A DNA stretch of 57,760 nucleotides from Nitrospinota bacterium (GTDB lineage: Bacteria > Nitrospinota > Nitrospinia > JACRGO01): contig JACRGO010000073.1 in assembly GCA_016212295.1 (NCBI GenBank), positions 1-57,760 of the forward strand, read 5' to 3'. Below, in pieces: positions 46,775 through 57,215 of the stretch. The position numbers and the translations under genes were made by a program. The notes under the pieces are model-generated. The model searched no databases. It saw only the letters and a list, made by a program, of their open reading frames with translations, and was not told the DNA's origin. Within the stretch, counting starts at the first letter, position 1, and each line of letters starts with the position of its first letter.

Positions 46775-49044
46775 ATCCTCACCTCAACAATCTTCATGGT
46801 ATCATTGCCGAAAATATCAACAACTTTCACCGCTATTTTACGCCTTCCCGGCTTGCATTCCTGGAACACGCTTTTAAGCTCCAGTGAGCGGTCCTTCTTG
46901 GTGCGGAAGGATTGCCATTCGTTCTCAAAGACATAATCCCCGGTCCAGACCTCTCCCCACCCCTCGCTTTCGGCGTTCCTCACCCTTATTATCTCCCGCT
47001 TGCTCTCGAAATCAAAATCCACCGCCCAATAATCCACCCAATCCGTCCAATGCCTGGTCAATACCTCGCGGGTGACAATGCCGTCCTTGTCCTTGCTCAC
47101 CTTCACGATCCGGCCCTTTTCCACCACTATCTTGCTGGCCTTATCCTTCAACGCGGCCTCGGCCTTGGCGACGGAATCCTGGGAATAGAAGACGGAGAAG
47201 TCCGTAAGCTCAACCGCGACCTTGTGGGGCGCATGGCCATGCGCCCCTGCAACATGGGGTTTGACCTCCAGGAAGGCCACGTCGTGGAACACCACCTGGT
47301 TTTTCTCCACCGCCCGCTTGTCGAACACGTCGGCCGGGATGTATTTTGGCGCGATATCTATTCCCTTGGCCCTTGCCTCGTCCAGCGCGTTGGGGAAAAG
47401 CCCCATCTCGAACTCAAAGGCCAGGATGTCCACCTTGGTGACATGCTTCTTGCGGCACTCCAGGATGATCTCTTCAACGAAAAGCCGCGTCACCGGCAGG
47501 TTCACCGGCCCCACAGCCACCAGCCTCCCGGCCTTCTTGCCGTGGAAGGCGTGGAACCCTTCTGTCTTCTCGGCCCTGTAAGCTTTCAGGATCAAGTCGA
47601 GAAAATCCTTCTCCTTCGCTTCCAACTGTTTCTGCCTTTCCTCTTCACGCAGATCTGGGTTGACTCAAATATAGTGCTGGCGCTCGTACTTGCCGAGATT
47701 AAGAATTTCAAAGGCGCGGTAAGGTTTATTTTCTTTCTTGAGTTGGCGTTGAGCGCCGATCATCCGCTTGCGCGTGGTGTGGATGGCGAATTTTCCCAGG
47801 TCGGAGGTTATCCACTTTCTGCCCAGCTTTTCCGCCACGGCGGCCGTGGTGCCGGAGCCGCAGAAGAAATCGGCCACAAGATTGCCTTCATTGGAAGAGG
47901 CTTTGATGATGCGTTCGAGGAGGGCTTCGGGTTTTTGGGTGGGGTAATAAAGTTGCTCGTTGCCAGTCGCAACTGTGATATCGCTCCAGATATCTGGGAC
48001 TTTTTCACCTGGACTTTCATCCAAATAGTGTTTCAGGCCTGGATAGCCAGTTTTTGAATAAACTATCCTTCCCTGTTGATCTAACATCTCCATTTTTTCT
48101 TTCGCGTACACCCAGCAGCGCGAAGACGGTGGTCGTTTTCCCTTCCATTCGTATATTTGCCCTGATGCGGCTCTCGACATGGATGCAGTTAAATCATTTA
48201 TTCGATATCGTCTACCTGTTTTTTCTTCAATGTTCCTATACATATTGTCGACATATTCATCTCGTAAATCTCTATAAGGCTGATTCCAACTGGCATGATC
48301 CAAATTTTTATCATAGAGAAGAATCATGTCATGAATTGCTCCAAATTTTCTTTGAGCGTTACTTTTACTGGTGATCCGTTGCCAAATAATCTCATTTTTG
48401 AAACTATTTTTTCCAAATACTTCGTCTAGGGCGAGCCTCATGTATCCGTTTACATGCCAATCACAATGCACATAAATACTCCCTTCCTCCGCCAGCAAAT
48501 CCCGCATCAGGACCAGCCGCTCATGGATCATGGCGATAAAGGAGTCCGCGCCCTTGCCCCAGGTGTCGCGGTAGGCGATTTCTTCCAGGATATTGGGCTT
48601 CTTGGTGAAGGTGTCGCCGCCGATCTCGATGTCCATGGAGAAATCCGCGCCGACATCAAAGGGCGGGTCGATGTAGATGAGTTTGATGCCGCCCTGCTTT
48701 TCGATTTCTTCCCGAAGCGGGCCGTTCTTCAGGCTGGAGAGGACCAGCTTGTTGTCGCCCCAGATGAGCTTGTTGGTCCAGCCCTTGAGCTGGCGGCCGC
48801 GGGAATCGGTGTCAAACAGGCCGAATTGCAGAGAGGCGTCCTTCTCCGAGCGCGGTTCATCCACATGCTCGATCACCTGAAACGGCAAAACGATGTTGCA
48901 GACCTCGTTGGTCTTGCCGTTCCATATCAGTTCCACTTCCCGCTTTTCATCAAACAGCAGAAAGCGGTATTTGTCAGGCAATGGCTTGTCCGCCTCCAGA
49001 AAGCGGATTATGTCTTGCTTTTCCTGCTCCGTCAGTCGCGCCAT
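46771..49044 (-). pseudogene. Type III DNA methyltransferase (Mod) interrupted by an in-frame TGA at 47665-47667
   Basis: IYIDPPF, YPTQKPE, DFFCGSGTT; the frame continues HYI*VNPDLREEERQKQLEAKEKDF to KVVDIFGNDT. Confidence 0.88.
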
Positions 49045-49133
49045 AAAAGTTCTCTTCGGCCTTTCTACTTACGTTGTTTCACTCTTTACTCATGTCCGTC
49101 ATAATCCAATCGGGGCGTTAACCGTGTTTTATT

Positions 49134-50921
49134 TTAATGCTTCGAATGGCCGTCCGCCCTTTCAACTTGACCGTCCTTCAGCGGCCCTTTCATAACCGGT
49201 ATGAGGGTCATGCCGCAGCGCGGGCATTTGCCTGGTTTGTCCTCCCGGACCTCCGAATGCTCCGGCAGGGGGCAGGTGTAATACTCAACCGGGGCGCCTG
49301 GGCGGATCTGCGCCAACTGGTCCTGGCTCACCGGCGCAAGGGCCATTCCGCACAGGGGACATTTGCCCGGATGTTGGTATTGTATGGCCACGTGTTCCGG
49401 CATGGGGCAAATATAAACAAGGGCCTGGGACGCGGCCTTGTCCGCCCCCTCTCCGTGCTGGTGTTCCATCACATGGCCGGCGTGCTCTTCATGAGATTCC
49501 GGCGCCTTGGCCGTCTTCTCCGCGCCGGGCCGCAGCATCTTCTGGATTGCCTCGCGAAGCTGGCTCTCGGAATCGAGCATGAACTGGCCGGACGCCACCA
49601 CCCGCTCCCCTTCGGAAAGTCCGCTCAGGACCTGATACATGTCGTTTTCGGACTTGAGGCCGAGTGAGACCTCGCGCGGCTCGAAGCGTCCCCCGTCCAG
49701 CGCCACGAAGACCGTGTTTTTTTCGCCGCTTCGCAAGACTGAGGAATCCGGCGCCAGCAATACCGACGGCTCTATCTCGGCGCGCAACTCCACAGTAGCG
49801 AACATTCCAGGTTTCAGGAAAAAGCCTGGGTTGTGAAATTCCATCCGGACTTTCGCGGTGCGGGTTTTTTCGTCAACCGTGGGATAGATATAGGTAACGC
49901 GGCCCCGGAATTTCCGGTCCGGCAGATAGGAAAGGCTCACCACGGCCTCCTGCCCAAGGCGCACGAACCCGAGGTCCTGCTCATAGACCTGAGACTGGAC
50001 CCACACCAGGGCAAGGTCCGCCAGTCGGTAGAGTTTCTCTCCTGGCTCCGTCACTTGTCCCTTGACAACATGCTTCTCCACCACTATGCCGTCCATCGGG
50101 GCGTTTACGCTGAGGGTCTTCTTGACCTGTTTCGTTTTTCTCAACTCCTCGATCTGCTCGTCCGAGATATCGAAGAACTTAAGCTTGGTCAAGGCGCTGG
50201 ACCGCATGGATTCTCCTCCTCCGCCCTGATTCAAGGTAAGAAGGAACTCCCTTTGCGCGCTGTAGAGATCGGGGGAATATATCTCGAAGAGCGGCTCTCC
50301 GCGATGCACCTGTCGGCCGGTTGCGTCCACATGGAGTTCCTCTATCCAGCCCTTGAATTTGGTGGTCACGTCCACAAGCGTGGTTTCGTCGAAATCTATT
50401 GCTCCCACGGTGCGGACCACCTTGCGGAGCGGTCCCCTGGCGACCAGCGCTGTGCGGATACCCATATTCTGCGCGGTTACCGGGTCGATGGAGATAATGG
50501 AGGAGGCGTCGGCTTCGCCCTCATACACAGGGACCATGTCCATGCCCATGCTGTCCTTTCCGGGCGTGGGGCTTGCCTCCCCTGGACTCATGGTGGATTT
50601 ATAGAATTTGATCTTGCGTTCCTTGGCTGGGCCTTCGCCTTTGGCTGATTCACCGGGCTGCGCGTCCGGTCCATTTTTTTTATGGACGGGCATTAATTTC
50701 ATCCCGCAGATCGGGCAATTCCCCGGTTTGTTCTGGATCACTTGCGGGTGCATGCCGCAGGTGTAGAGCTGCTCTCCCCCGGCGATGGTAAGGGCTGGAT
50801 CGGTCTCCGGAGTCACGGTGATGAGAGGAACGTTCACAAAATATGCGGCGGCAAGGACCAAGCCGATAAAGGCCAGACCTAAAACTTTTCCTTTTATTGT
50901 TGTTGGAATTATTTTTTTCAT
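49134..50921 (-). CDS. cusB: CusB-type RND periplasmic adaptor with three heavy-metal-binding domains
   Basis: YTCGMHP..CPICGM, KDSMGMDMVP, YSPDL, LKPGMF, SGQFMLDSES, YICPMPEH..CPLCGM, YTCPLPEH..CPRCGM. Confidence 0.93.
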   Translation of the reverse strand: MKKIIPTTIKGKVLGLAFIGLVLAAAYFVNVPLITVTPETDPALTIAGGEQLYTCGMHPQVIQNKPGNCPICGMKLMPVHKKNGPDAQPGESAKGEGPAKERKIKFYKSTMSPGEASPTPGKDSMGMDMVPVYEGEADASSIISIDPVTAQNMGIRTALVARGPLRKVVRTVGAIDFDETTLVDVTTKFKGWIEELHVDATGRQVHRGEPLFEIYSPDLYSAQREFLLTLNQGGGGESMRSSALTKLKFFDISDEQIEELRKTKQVKKTLSVNAPMDGIVVEKHVVKGQVTEPGEKLYRLADLALVWVQSQVYEQDLGFVRLGQEAVVSLSYLPDRKFRGRVTYIYPTVDEKTRTAKVRMEFHNPGFFLKPGMFATVELRAEIEPSVLLAPDSSVLRSGEKNTVFVALDGGRFEPREVSLGLKSENDMYQVLSGLSEGERVVASGQFMLDSESQLREAIQKMLRPGAEKTAKAPESHEEHAGHVMEHQHGEGADKAASQALVYICPMPEHVAIQYQHPGKCPLCGMALAPVSQDQLAQIRPGAPVEYYTCPLPEHSEVREDKPGKCPRCGMTLIPVMKGPLKDGQVERADGHSKH

Positions 50922-50936
50922 ACGGGACCTCCAAAA

Positions 50937-51344
50937 TTATTTTGGGGCGTTGGATTTTATACTCTTTATAATGGAGTCCAGGCTCGCGACCTTTAGTCTG
51001 AACCCACCGAAATCCATCTCATAGGCTTCGGCTCTGAGGGAGGCAAAGGACTTTATCCCATGCACATCCGGCATGAACTCGAGTTGAATTCCGGAATTGT
51101 CGTTCACTACACGGTATAGTCCGGATAAAGGATAGTATGGCTTTAGAATATAAGCGTCGAGTTCCCGCGCCAGAACCTTGAGCTTTCGCAAATTCAATGG
51201 GGTCTTCCGGAACATAAAGCCAAAGTCCATTGTGGTGACCGGCGCCCCCTGTAAAGCGGCCGCCGCGTTGCCGATGAGCACCGTTTCAAGTCTGGCCTTT
51301 GTCAATGCTCCTGCTATTTTTTCTAATAAAGGTTCCGCGTTCAT
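50937..51344 (-). pseudogene. Nucleotidyltransferase-like protein, probably degenerate
   Basis: LIGNAAAALQGAPVTTMDFG (DxD reads DxG); ends right after ASLDSIIKS. Confidence 0.55.
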
Positions 51345-51379
51345 TTGGCCTTTCCCTCGTTTTCTGTCATAAAAAAATC

Positions 51380-51626
51380 GTAACCGTTCACGGTTTCAGG
51401 TTCAGGGTTCCAGGTTTTAGAAAACCCTGTATCCACGCTTATCTCCAAAACCCGCTTACCTATATGGATTTTCATTGAGCGCTGCTAAAAACAGGTTAAC
51501 CAACAGGTTCAATGTGGAGCGCCCTAAAAAAACCTTGTTGGGGCGAATAATCATTCGCCCTTACATTGCCGTGTTTGACGATCTTTCAACCCTGAACCCT
51601 GAACCTTAGACCCCGTGAACGGTTAC
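51380..51626. mobile_element. MITE family B, copy 4, no TSD, with an internal REP-like hairpin
   Basis: Perfect TIRs GTAACCGTTCAC / GTGAACGGTTAC; interior matches 6366-6555 plus inserts including gttggggcgaataatcattcgccctta (about 51537-51563). Confidence 0.88.
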
Positions 51627-51664
51627 ACCACCAGGACACAGAGAAAAATTGCGATCTTTGCGCC

Positions 51665-52669
51665 TCATTTCTTGTATCCAACTTGTTCCTCAAAAAGCGT
51701 TAATTGGCCAGCGCCCTCATGTTGGATTCGATATCCTCCTGTGTTTTCATTGGGAAGAGTTGCAGTGCTATCCGCAAAAACAGAAAGCGCCTCTCTCATA
51801 TTTGCCCTGCCTGTGGCTCGACTTTTGTGAAGCGGCCTTGCGCCTTGCTTAAGCAACTCCTGATTGCCTGTCGCGGTTTCCGGCATTCCTTCATAGACAG
51901 GCGCAAAAAGGGGAACTCCCATTTTCAAGGATTCACGGCCTGCCTCTATGCTTCCGCCCGTTGTTCTTGCCTCAATAAGAATCATCACATTTGACAATGC
52001 GCATATTGTTTTGTTGCGCTGCATGGCATTCCTTACGCTCCAGGGGATTCCCGGCAGGAATTCACTTACAACCGCGATTCTCCGCCAATCCCAAATATCC
52101 TTGAATTCCCGTTTAATATGGAATTTCAGTATCCCCTCGCAGAGGACAAGGGTGGTCGTTCCTACGCTTTCAAGCGCGGCGCGATGTGCCGCCATATCAA
52201 CGCCTGCCGCGTAACCGGAAATTATGTTTATCTCCCGCCGCGCAAGTTGTTCAGCGCAATCATAAGCCGTATCCAAACCCTTTTCCGATGCCTTGCGGGA
52301 ACCGCAAAATCCAGTGGAAGGCTTATTGAGCAAACCGGAGTTCCCAAGAACCATTAATAAAGGCGGCGCTTTTTTCCCAAACAGGGTCTTTAACCTTTGC
52401 GGATATTCATCATCAGTAACGGATATAACCTTGACGCCAATATCATTGAGCCGGTCCCAAAGTTCATCGACCTTGTTCTTATTCGCGGAATACTCCGATA
52501 CCTGCTTTTCATTAAGTATTCCTCTTAATAACCGTGGGTCACTGAAAAAATTGCCGGCAGATTTGCTTTTTTCCGTCAGGCGTTCGAGAATTGACATTGC
52601 CTTTGCAACCCCTACTCCTGGCGTTTCAAGAAGATGCAGCAGATGGTATGAAATATTGTCAGCAATCAT
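51665..52669 (-). CDS. DprA/Smf-like protein (ShosA-like)
   Basis: YPQRL...APPLLMVLGN, GFCGSRKAS, ISGYAAGVDMAAHRAAL, VSEF, AMQRNKTI, GGS; likely start 52669 overlaps the PRTase stop. Confidence 0.88.
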   Translation of the reverse strand: MIADNISYHLLHLLETPGVGVAKAMSILERLTEKSKSAGNFFSDPRLLRGILNEKQVSEYSANKNKVDELWDRLNDIGVKVISVTDDEYPQRLKTLFGKKAPPLLMVLGNSGLLNKPSTGFCGSRKASEKGLDTAYDCAEQLARREINIISGYAAGVDMAAHRAALESVGTTTLVLCEGILKFHIKREFKDIWDWRRIAVVSEFLPGIPWSVRNAMQRNKTICALSNVMILIEARTTGGSIEAGRESLKMGVPLFAPVYEGMPETATGNQELLKQGARPLHKSRATGRANMREALSVFADSTATLPNENTGGYRIQHEGAGQLTLFEEQVGYKK

Positions 52670-53567
52670 TTTGAACCCGTGGAATGTTGTCGTCATTCCT
52701 GCATGTCTTTTCACAGGCCAGTCCGAAAACTTTTTCAGCGCCGGCCTCAAGCATCCGCATAGCGACGTAATTTGTTGAAACACCTGATTGATAAAGGTCT
52801 TCTATAAGAAGGACCGTCTGGCCTTTGAGGGCTTCCGGATCAACCATAATAGTTCCTTCAATGGTTGGTAGCTTATTCTCAAGCTTCATATCCTTAAGAC
52901 CGGCCCTTGCCCTAATTGTACTTACATCATGGCTCAAATTCGGCATACCACGTTATTCCGCTATTTTTGCAGCCAGATAGCTCGGCAAATCATAGGCTTT
53001 GTCCGGGCTCGATGAGGGCATTGCGACCACGCAAGTAGCTGAACTATAGCAGGTCATTTCTTCGAGAAATGCGCGACAGAGGGAACTAATGTCATTCGCT
53101 GCCGCATAAGTGTCCTCTGTTGGATTGCCGCTGTAAGGTTTTGCCCGTGTCCTGAGCATTCCTATCTCAGTCTGTGGTTTGGCTGGATTCCCGTCTTCTC
53201 TGTCATAATCCAGTGCAAAAGAAAGGGCAAGACAATCTCTATTAGCGATATATTGACCGATAAGCTTCAACCAGTCTTGTACCTTCTCAAGCATATCAGG
53301 ATTCGTTTCTACATTTTTAAGAAAAGTATATCCTCTACCGTCCTTACTTTTTCTAATGCCAATATGAGGAACATCGCACATGGATTCAAATGCATTGCCA
53401 AGAGTTTCCGTGAAAGGGAGAACCAGGGACCAATCATCCGAAGACGCCGGTTCATGTAATGACTCAGGCCATTCTACCGACAACTTCATCCTACGCGGCC
53501 GCCATGTAATCATTTCCTGTACTCTGGCTTTAGTTATGGCTTCCTGCCGGGGTTTTGCTATCGGCAT
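52659..53567 (-). pseudogene. ComF-like phosphoribosyltransferase (ShosT-like) split by an in-frame TAA at 52953-52955
   Basis: VVAMPSS...LAAKIAE*RGMPNL...VLLIEDLYQSGVS (PRPP loop); the two track ORFs are in one frame. Confidence 0.82.
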
Positions 53568-53798
53568 ATTCTTCCCTCTGCACTATATGAAATCAATTTT
53601 CGATATTACAGTCATCAAGCCTTTCTGATATATTCATTCCTGAAAGAGACTCTCGAAAAAACTCCCCAAAAGAGGTCGCAGTCTGACACTCCTCCAGGGT
53701 GCAATCTTTATCACACGCTTCCCGTACTTTAGGCTCTAAAATTCCCAAAAAATGTGGGTAAAGATTAGCTCTCAAGAGGGGAATTATTAGTGTATGCT

Positions 53799-55364
53799 CT
53801 ATTTTGGACCTGTTAATAATTGCGTCCCAACCGTCCTTTCCAGATCGGCCATGGCCTGGTTCTGGTCTCTTACGTGCTCCCAATAATGAAGATTATATTC
53901 CAGCCAGATTTCCTGGGCGTCAAGGACATTCAGGAAATCGCCTTTCCCTGCCTGGTAGTCGGCCTTGGCCGCCTCCAAGCTGTTCCAGGCCAGGGGCAGC
54001 AAGGACTTTTGATACAGGGCGGCGTTCCTTTTCGCGGTGTCAAGACGGAACGTGAGGTCCTTCAACTCGAAACGAAGCTTGTCCTTTTGGGCCTCCAGTT
54101 CTTTTTGCATGGATTGATACATCTGCCGCGCCTCCCTCACGTAAGCGTCATTCATGCCGAACCAGAAGGGCGTCTCTGTTTCAGGCTTCATGGCCTTTAA
54201 CTCGGGCTTTTCGTCCATTTCAACCATTTCCACCTTCCTGCCCTCAATGTAGTTGTATCCCAGTGTGAAATCAGGAAAGAATTCCTTTTCCGCCATTGTG
54301 ATGGCTATGTTGGATTTTTCTATTTCCAATCGCAGGACCCTGAGCTCCTGCCGTCTCTTCAAACCAAGATCCGTCATATCCTGGAGCGATAGTGGCGTGT
54401 CATGCAATTCCGCCTCCTTCCTTGGACCCAATGCGGTTTGGGGAGGCAGGTTCAGGAATTTATTCAATCTGGCGGCCACGGTATCCCTGGATGCCCTCCA
54501 GGTAACCAGGTCGGTTTCCAGCTTGGCGGTCCTTGTCTGGACCTTCAACACATCGCTGTATCCCACGAGGCCGGAGTCGTATTTAATGTAAGCGATCTTT
54601 TCCAGTTGCTTGAGGAGTTGTAAATTTTCTTCCGCTGTCCTGATGGCGTGCCCGGAATAAAGGAGTTCATAATAGGCGTTCTTAATGTCGGCTATAAGGT
54701 CCCTCAAGGCGACAAAATAATTCTCGCTGGCGATCTCCACCTCCTTTGCCGCCATGTCCCCTTTCAAGGCAACGACGCCGGGGAAGGGGAATTTTTTTTG
54801 AATCGATTCCATGCCGCCGGACATGGACCCTTGGGCCATGCCGGTTTCATTTATGAATGCCTGGTATTGGCCGAGGAGATTATCCAGACGGGTGGCCTGC
54901 GAATATTCCTCCAGGGACGCTTCCATCTGTTTTTTGGCGCCAGCCAGTCCAGGGTTTCTTTCAAAGGCCGCGGCGATCAGGATATCCAGGTCGATTTGCC
55001 CCTTTAGGAGATCAAGTATCTGGTCCGTTTTGGCCGCTTCCCGTATCTTTTTAGCCGGAGGACTTTTGAAGTCGAAAAACTCTTGCTCACCCGCGCCGCT
55101 TGCTATGGAGTCCTCCCATCCTTTTTTTTCCGCGTTCAGTTTTTCCTCAAGGAGCTTTAGCTCAGGGGCCGCCTGCTCCTGCAGGGCCGCGCCGCTTTTG
55201 GCCGCCTCTTCCGGCGACCCGGCCACGTTCTGTTCGTAATAGTCAGGGGCCTTGTAGGACTCGAACTCCTTCCGCATGCCGCCATAATCCGCGCCTTGCG
55301 CAACGATAATGGGGAAAAACGCAAGAGCGGACATCACGGTTATTAATCTTCTATGAATTTTCAT
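53799..55364 (-). CDS. TolC family outer-membrane efflux protein (2)
   Basis: Signal peptide, AFERNPGL, QKKFPFPG, FPDFTLG, YQAGKGDFLNVLDAQ, LERTVG. Confidence 0.92.
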   Translation of the reverse strand: MKIHRRLITVMSALAFFPIIVAQGADYGGMRKEFESYKAPDYYEQNVAGSPEEAAKSGAALQEQAAPELKLLEEKLNAEKKGWEDSIASGAGEQEFFDFKSPPAKKIREAAKTDQILDLLKGQIDLDILIAAAFERNPGLAGAKKQMEASLEEYSQATRLDNLLGQYQAFINETGMAQGSMSGGMESIQKKFPFPGVVALKGDMAAKEVEIASENYFVALRDLIADIKNAYYELLYSGHAIRTAEENLQLLKQLEKIAYIKYDSGLVGYSDVLKVQTRTAKLETDLVTWRASRDTVAARLNKFLNLPPQTALGPRKEAELHDTPLSLQDMTDLGLKRRQELRVLRLEIEKSNIAITMAEKEFFPDFTLGYNYIEGRKVEMVEMDEKPELKAMKPETETPFWFGMNDAYVREARQMYQSMQKELEAQKDKLRFELKDLTFRLDTAKRNAALYQKSLLPLAWNSLEAAKADYQAGKGDFLNVLDAQEIWLEYNLHYWEHVRDQNQAMADLERTVGTQLLTGPK

Positions 55365-55402
55365 TCTTAATTCAGGCAGTGGCTTTAAAAAAGTTATTAT
55401 TT

Positions 55403-55849
55403 AGCCGCGGATTAACGCGGATTTTCACGGATAAATTCTTATTTTTTTCTGGAATTATCAAAGATAAATCTCTTGAATTCCGGTTTTTTCCCGAAGTTTA
55501 ATAATAGCCCAATTTCAATGGGAGTTGCTTTCAAATAATTTAACAATTGCGCTTCATGCATGGTGTCAATGGAACGAGCTGCTTTTAATTCAATTATTAC
55601 CGAATGGTTGACAATGAGGTCAGCTCTAAAATTTCCTATAATATTCCCGCGAAAAGATACTGAAATTTCTTTTTGGGTTTCCACGTCCAACCCATATTCC
55701 TTTAAAGCAATGCACATAGCCTTCTCATAGATGGATTCAAGAAAGCCATGGCCAAGTTCATTGTAAACTTCATAAAAGCACTTGAGAATTATTTCCGTTG
55801 TTTCCTTTTCTTGAAGTTTATCTGCGTTCATCTGCGTTAATCCGCGGCT
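55403..55849. mobile_element. IR-bounded GxxExxY cassette
   Basis: 33-bp inverted repeats at 55403-55435 and 55817-55849 (27/33; outer 16 bp perfect). Confidence 0.8.
55439..55831 (-). CDS. GxxExxY protein (PD-(D/E)xK nuclease-like)
   Basis: LGHGFLESIYEKA, RADLIV...IIELKA, HEAQLLNYLKAT, GLLLNFG. Confidence 0.93.
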   Translation of the reverse strand: MNADKLQEKETTEIILKCFYEVYNELGHGFLESIYEKAMCIALKEYGLDVETQKEISVSFRGNIIGNFRADLIVNHSVIIELKAARSIDTMHEAQLLNYLKATPIEIGLLLNFGKKPEFKRFIFDNSRKK

Positions 55850-57215
55850 CCTTAATTGAGTCTGCGTCAAGGCTGACGCCAACCAGCTTCTCCATCCGCG
55901 CTATCCCCTGGTGGAAATCCGCCAGGACGCGCTGCTGGGCCAGGTTGAAATTGAGCCACACGCTCTGGGTCTCCAAAAGGCCGGAAAAACTCCCCTTCTT
56001 GTCCTTGTACCAAGCCTCCGCGGTTTCCATTGACTGCGCAGCCTGTGGAATCAGCGAGTCCTTGTAAAGGCGCACCAGCCGGTCCGAGTTCTTCAATTTA
56101 AAATAAGCGGTCTTGATGGCGGAGAAGGTCTCGTTCTCCAGCGCCTTTTTGTCGTGGACCGCCGCCTCTTGCCTCAATTTCGCCTCATCGACCCTGGCCC
56201 GGTTCTTTCCAACCCATATCGGGAGGCTCACTCCGAAATTGAAGGTGTAGGCGTCCTTTGGGCCGCCTCCGCCCATTCCGCCCCCTGCTCCTGTGGTCTC
56301 ATTTCCCATGTCCATGTAATCAAATCCCAACTGGAAGTTAGGGAGATATTCCTTTTTGGCCAAGTCCAGTTCCTTTCCGGCCATTTCGATTTTTACTTCG
56401 GAACCGGCCAATTCCTGCTGATGCGCCTTGGCCAGATCGTAAAGCCGGGCCAACGAGTAATCAAAGGGCCTGAACTCCAATTCTCCCGGCCTTCCCAAGG
56501 GAGATTCCGTGGACCGGTTCAGGATTGAGTTGATCCTGGCGGCCTGCGTTTCCCTTAGCTCCGTGAGGAGGACCAGATCATAGGAAAGCTGCGCGAGTTG
56601 GGACTGGGCCTTGAACACGTCGTTCAGAGTCGTGCCGTCAACTGAATAATCCGTTTCGCCTATCCTAGCCAGATGCTCCGCCAAGTCCTTGTTCTTTCTG
56701 GTGATCTCAATCGCCTTGTCCACGTAACACAGTTCGTAATAAGCGTCTTTCAGCTCCACGATGACGTCGCGTGTTTCTTTCTCGAAATCGATTTGGGCCA
56801 TCCTGGCCTCCTTTTCCACGATGTCGCCCTTGAGAGAAAGCTTGCCGGGAAATGGGATTTCCTGCATGACCCCGAAACTCTGAGTTTCCCTTCCTTCCAT
56901 TTTTTTTATGAAGCGGGTGTACTGGAGCACGGGGTCCTCGTAGGCCGTTACTTGGGGATATTTCTCGATCACCGCCTCCCATCTTTTCTTGGCAGCCTTG
57001 AGCTTAGGATTGTTTTGAAACGCTACGGCGATCAACGTTTTAAGGTCCGCGCTTGAGGACAAATCCGGGGACGCGGAGCCTGTAGCCGCGGTGCTATCCT
57101 CCTTGGGAGCGGCCCAGGCCAAGGTCCCAAAGGACAGGGACAAGGCCGTCAGGAGAATAAGCGGATGAATAATGTACTTAACGCTCCGGCGATTTTTTTC
57201 CACCACGGATTTCAC
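55818..57215 (-). CDS. TolC family outer-membrane efflux protein (1)
   Basis: NNPKL, QEIPFPGKL, YLPNFQLG, VSLPIW, LIPQAAQS, MEKLVG. Confidence 0.92.
   Translation of the reverse strand: MKSVVEKNRRSVKYIIHPLILLTALSLSFGTLAWAAPKEDSTAATGSASPDLSSSADLKTLIAVAFQNNPKLKAAKKRWEAVIEKYPQVTAYEDPVLQYTRFIKKMEGRETQSFGVMQEIPFPGKLSLKGDIVEKEARMAQIDFEKETRDVIVELKDAYYELCYVDKAIEITRKNKDLAEHLARIGETDYSVDGTTLNDVFKAQSQLAQLSYDLVLLTELRETQAARINSILNRSTESPLGRPGELEFRPFDYSLARLYDLAKAHQQELAGSEVKIEMAGKELDLAKKEYLPNFQLGFDYMDMGNETTGAGGGMGGGGPKDAYTFNFGVSLPIWVGKNRARVDEAKLRQEAAVHDKKALENETFSAIKTAYFKLKNSDRLVRLYKDSLIPQAAQSMETAEAWYKDKKGSFSGLLETQSVWLNFNLAQQRVLADFHQGIARMEKLVGVSLDADSIKEPRINADERR

Noticed and set aside
47626-47667. Selenocysteine or genetic-code-25 reading of the mod TGA
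   Set aside because: Only a weak TCTGC/GCAGA stem follows, the context is not a redox Cys site, and TGA is a normal stop in many genes here.
53593-53883. 96-aa ORF between the PRTase and TolC2
   Set aside because: Overlaps TolC2 by 85 nt and has no motif; at most a 3' gene remnant.
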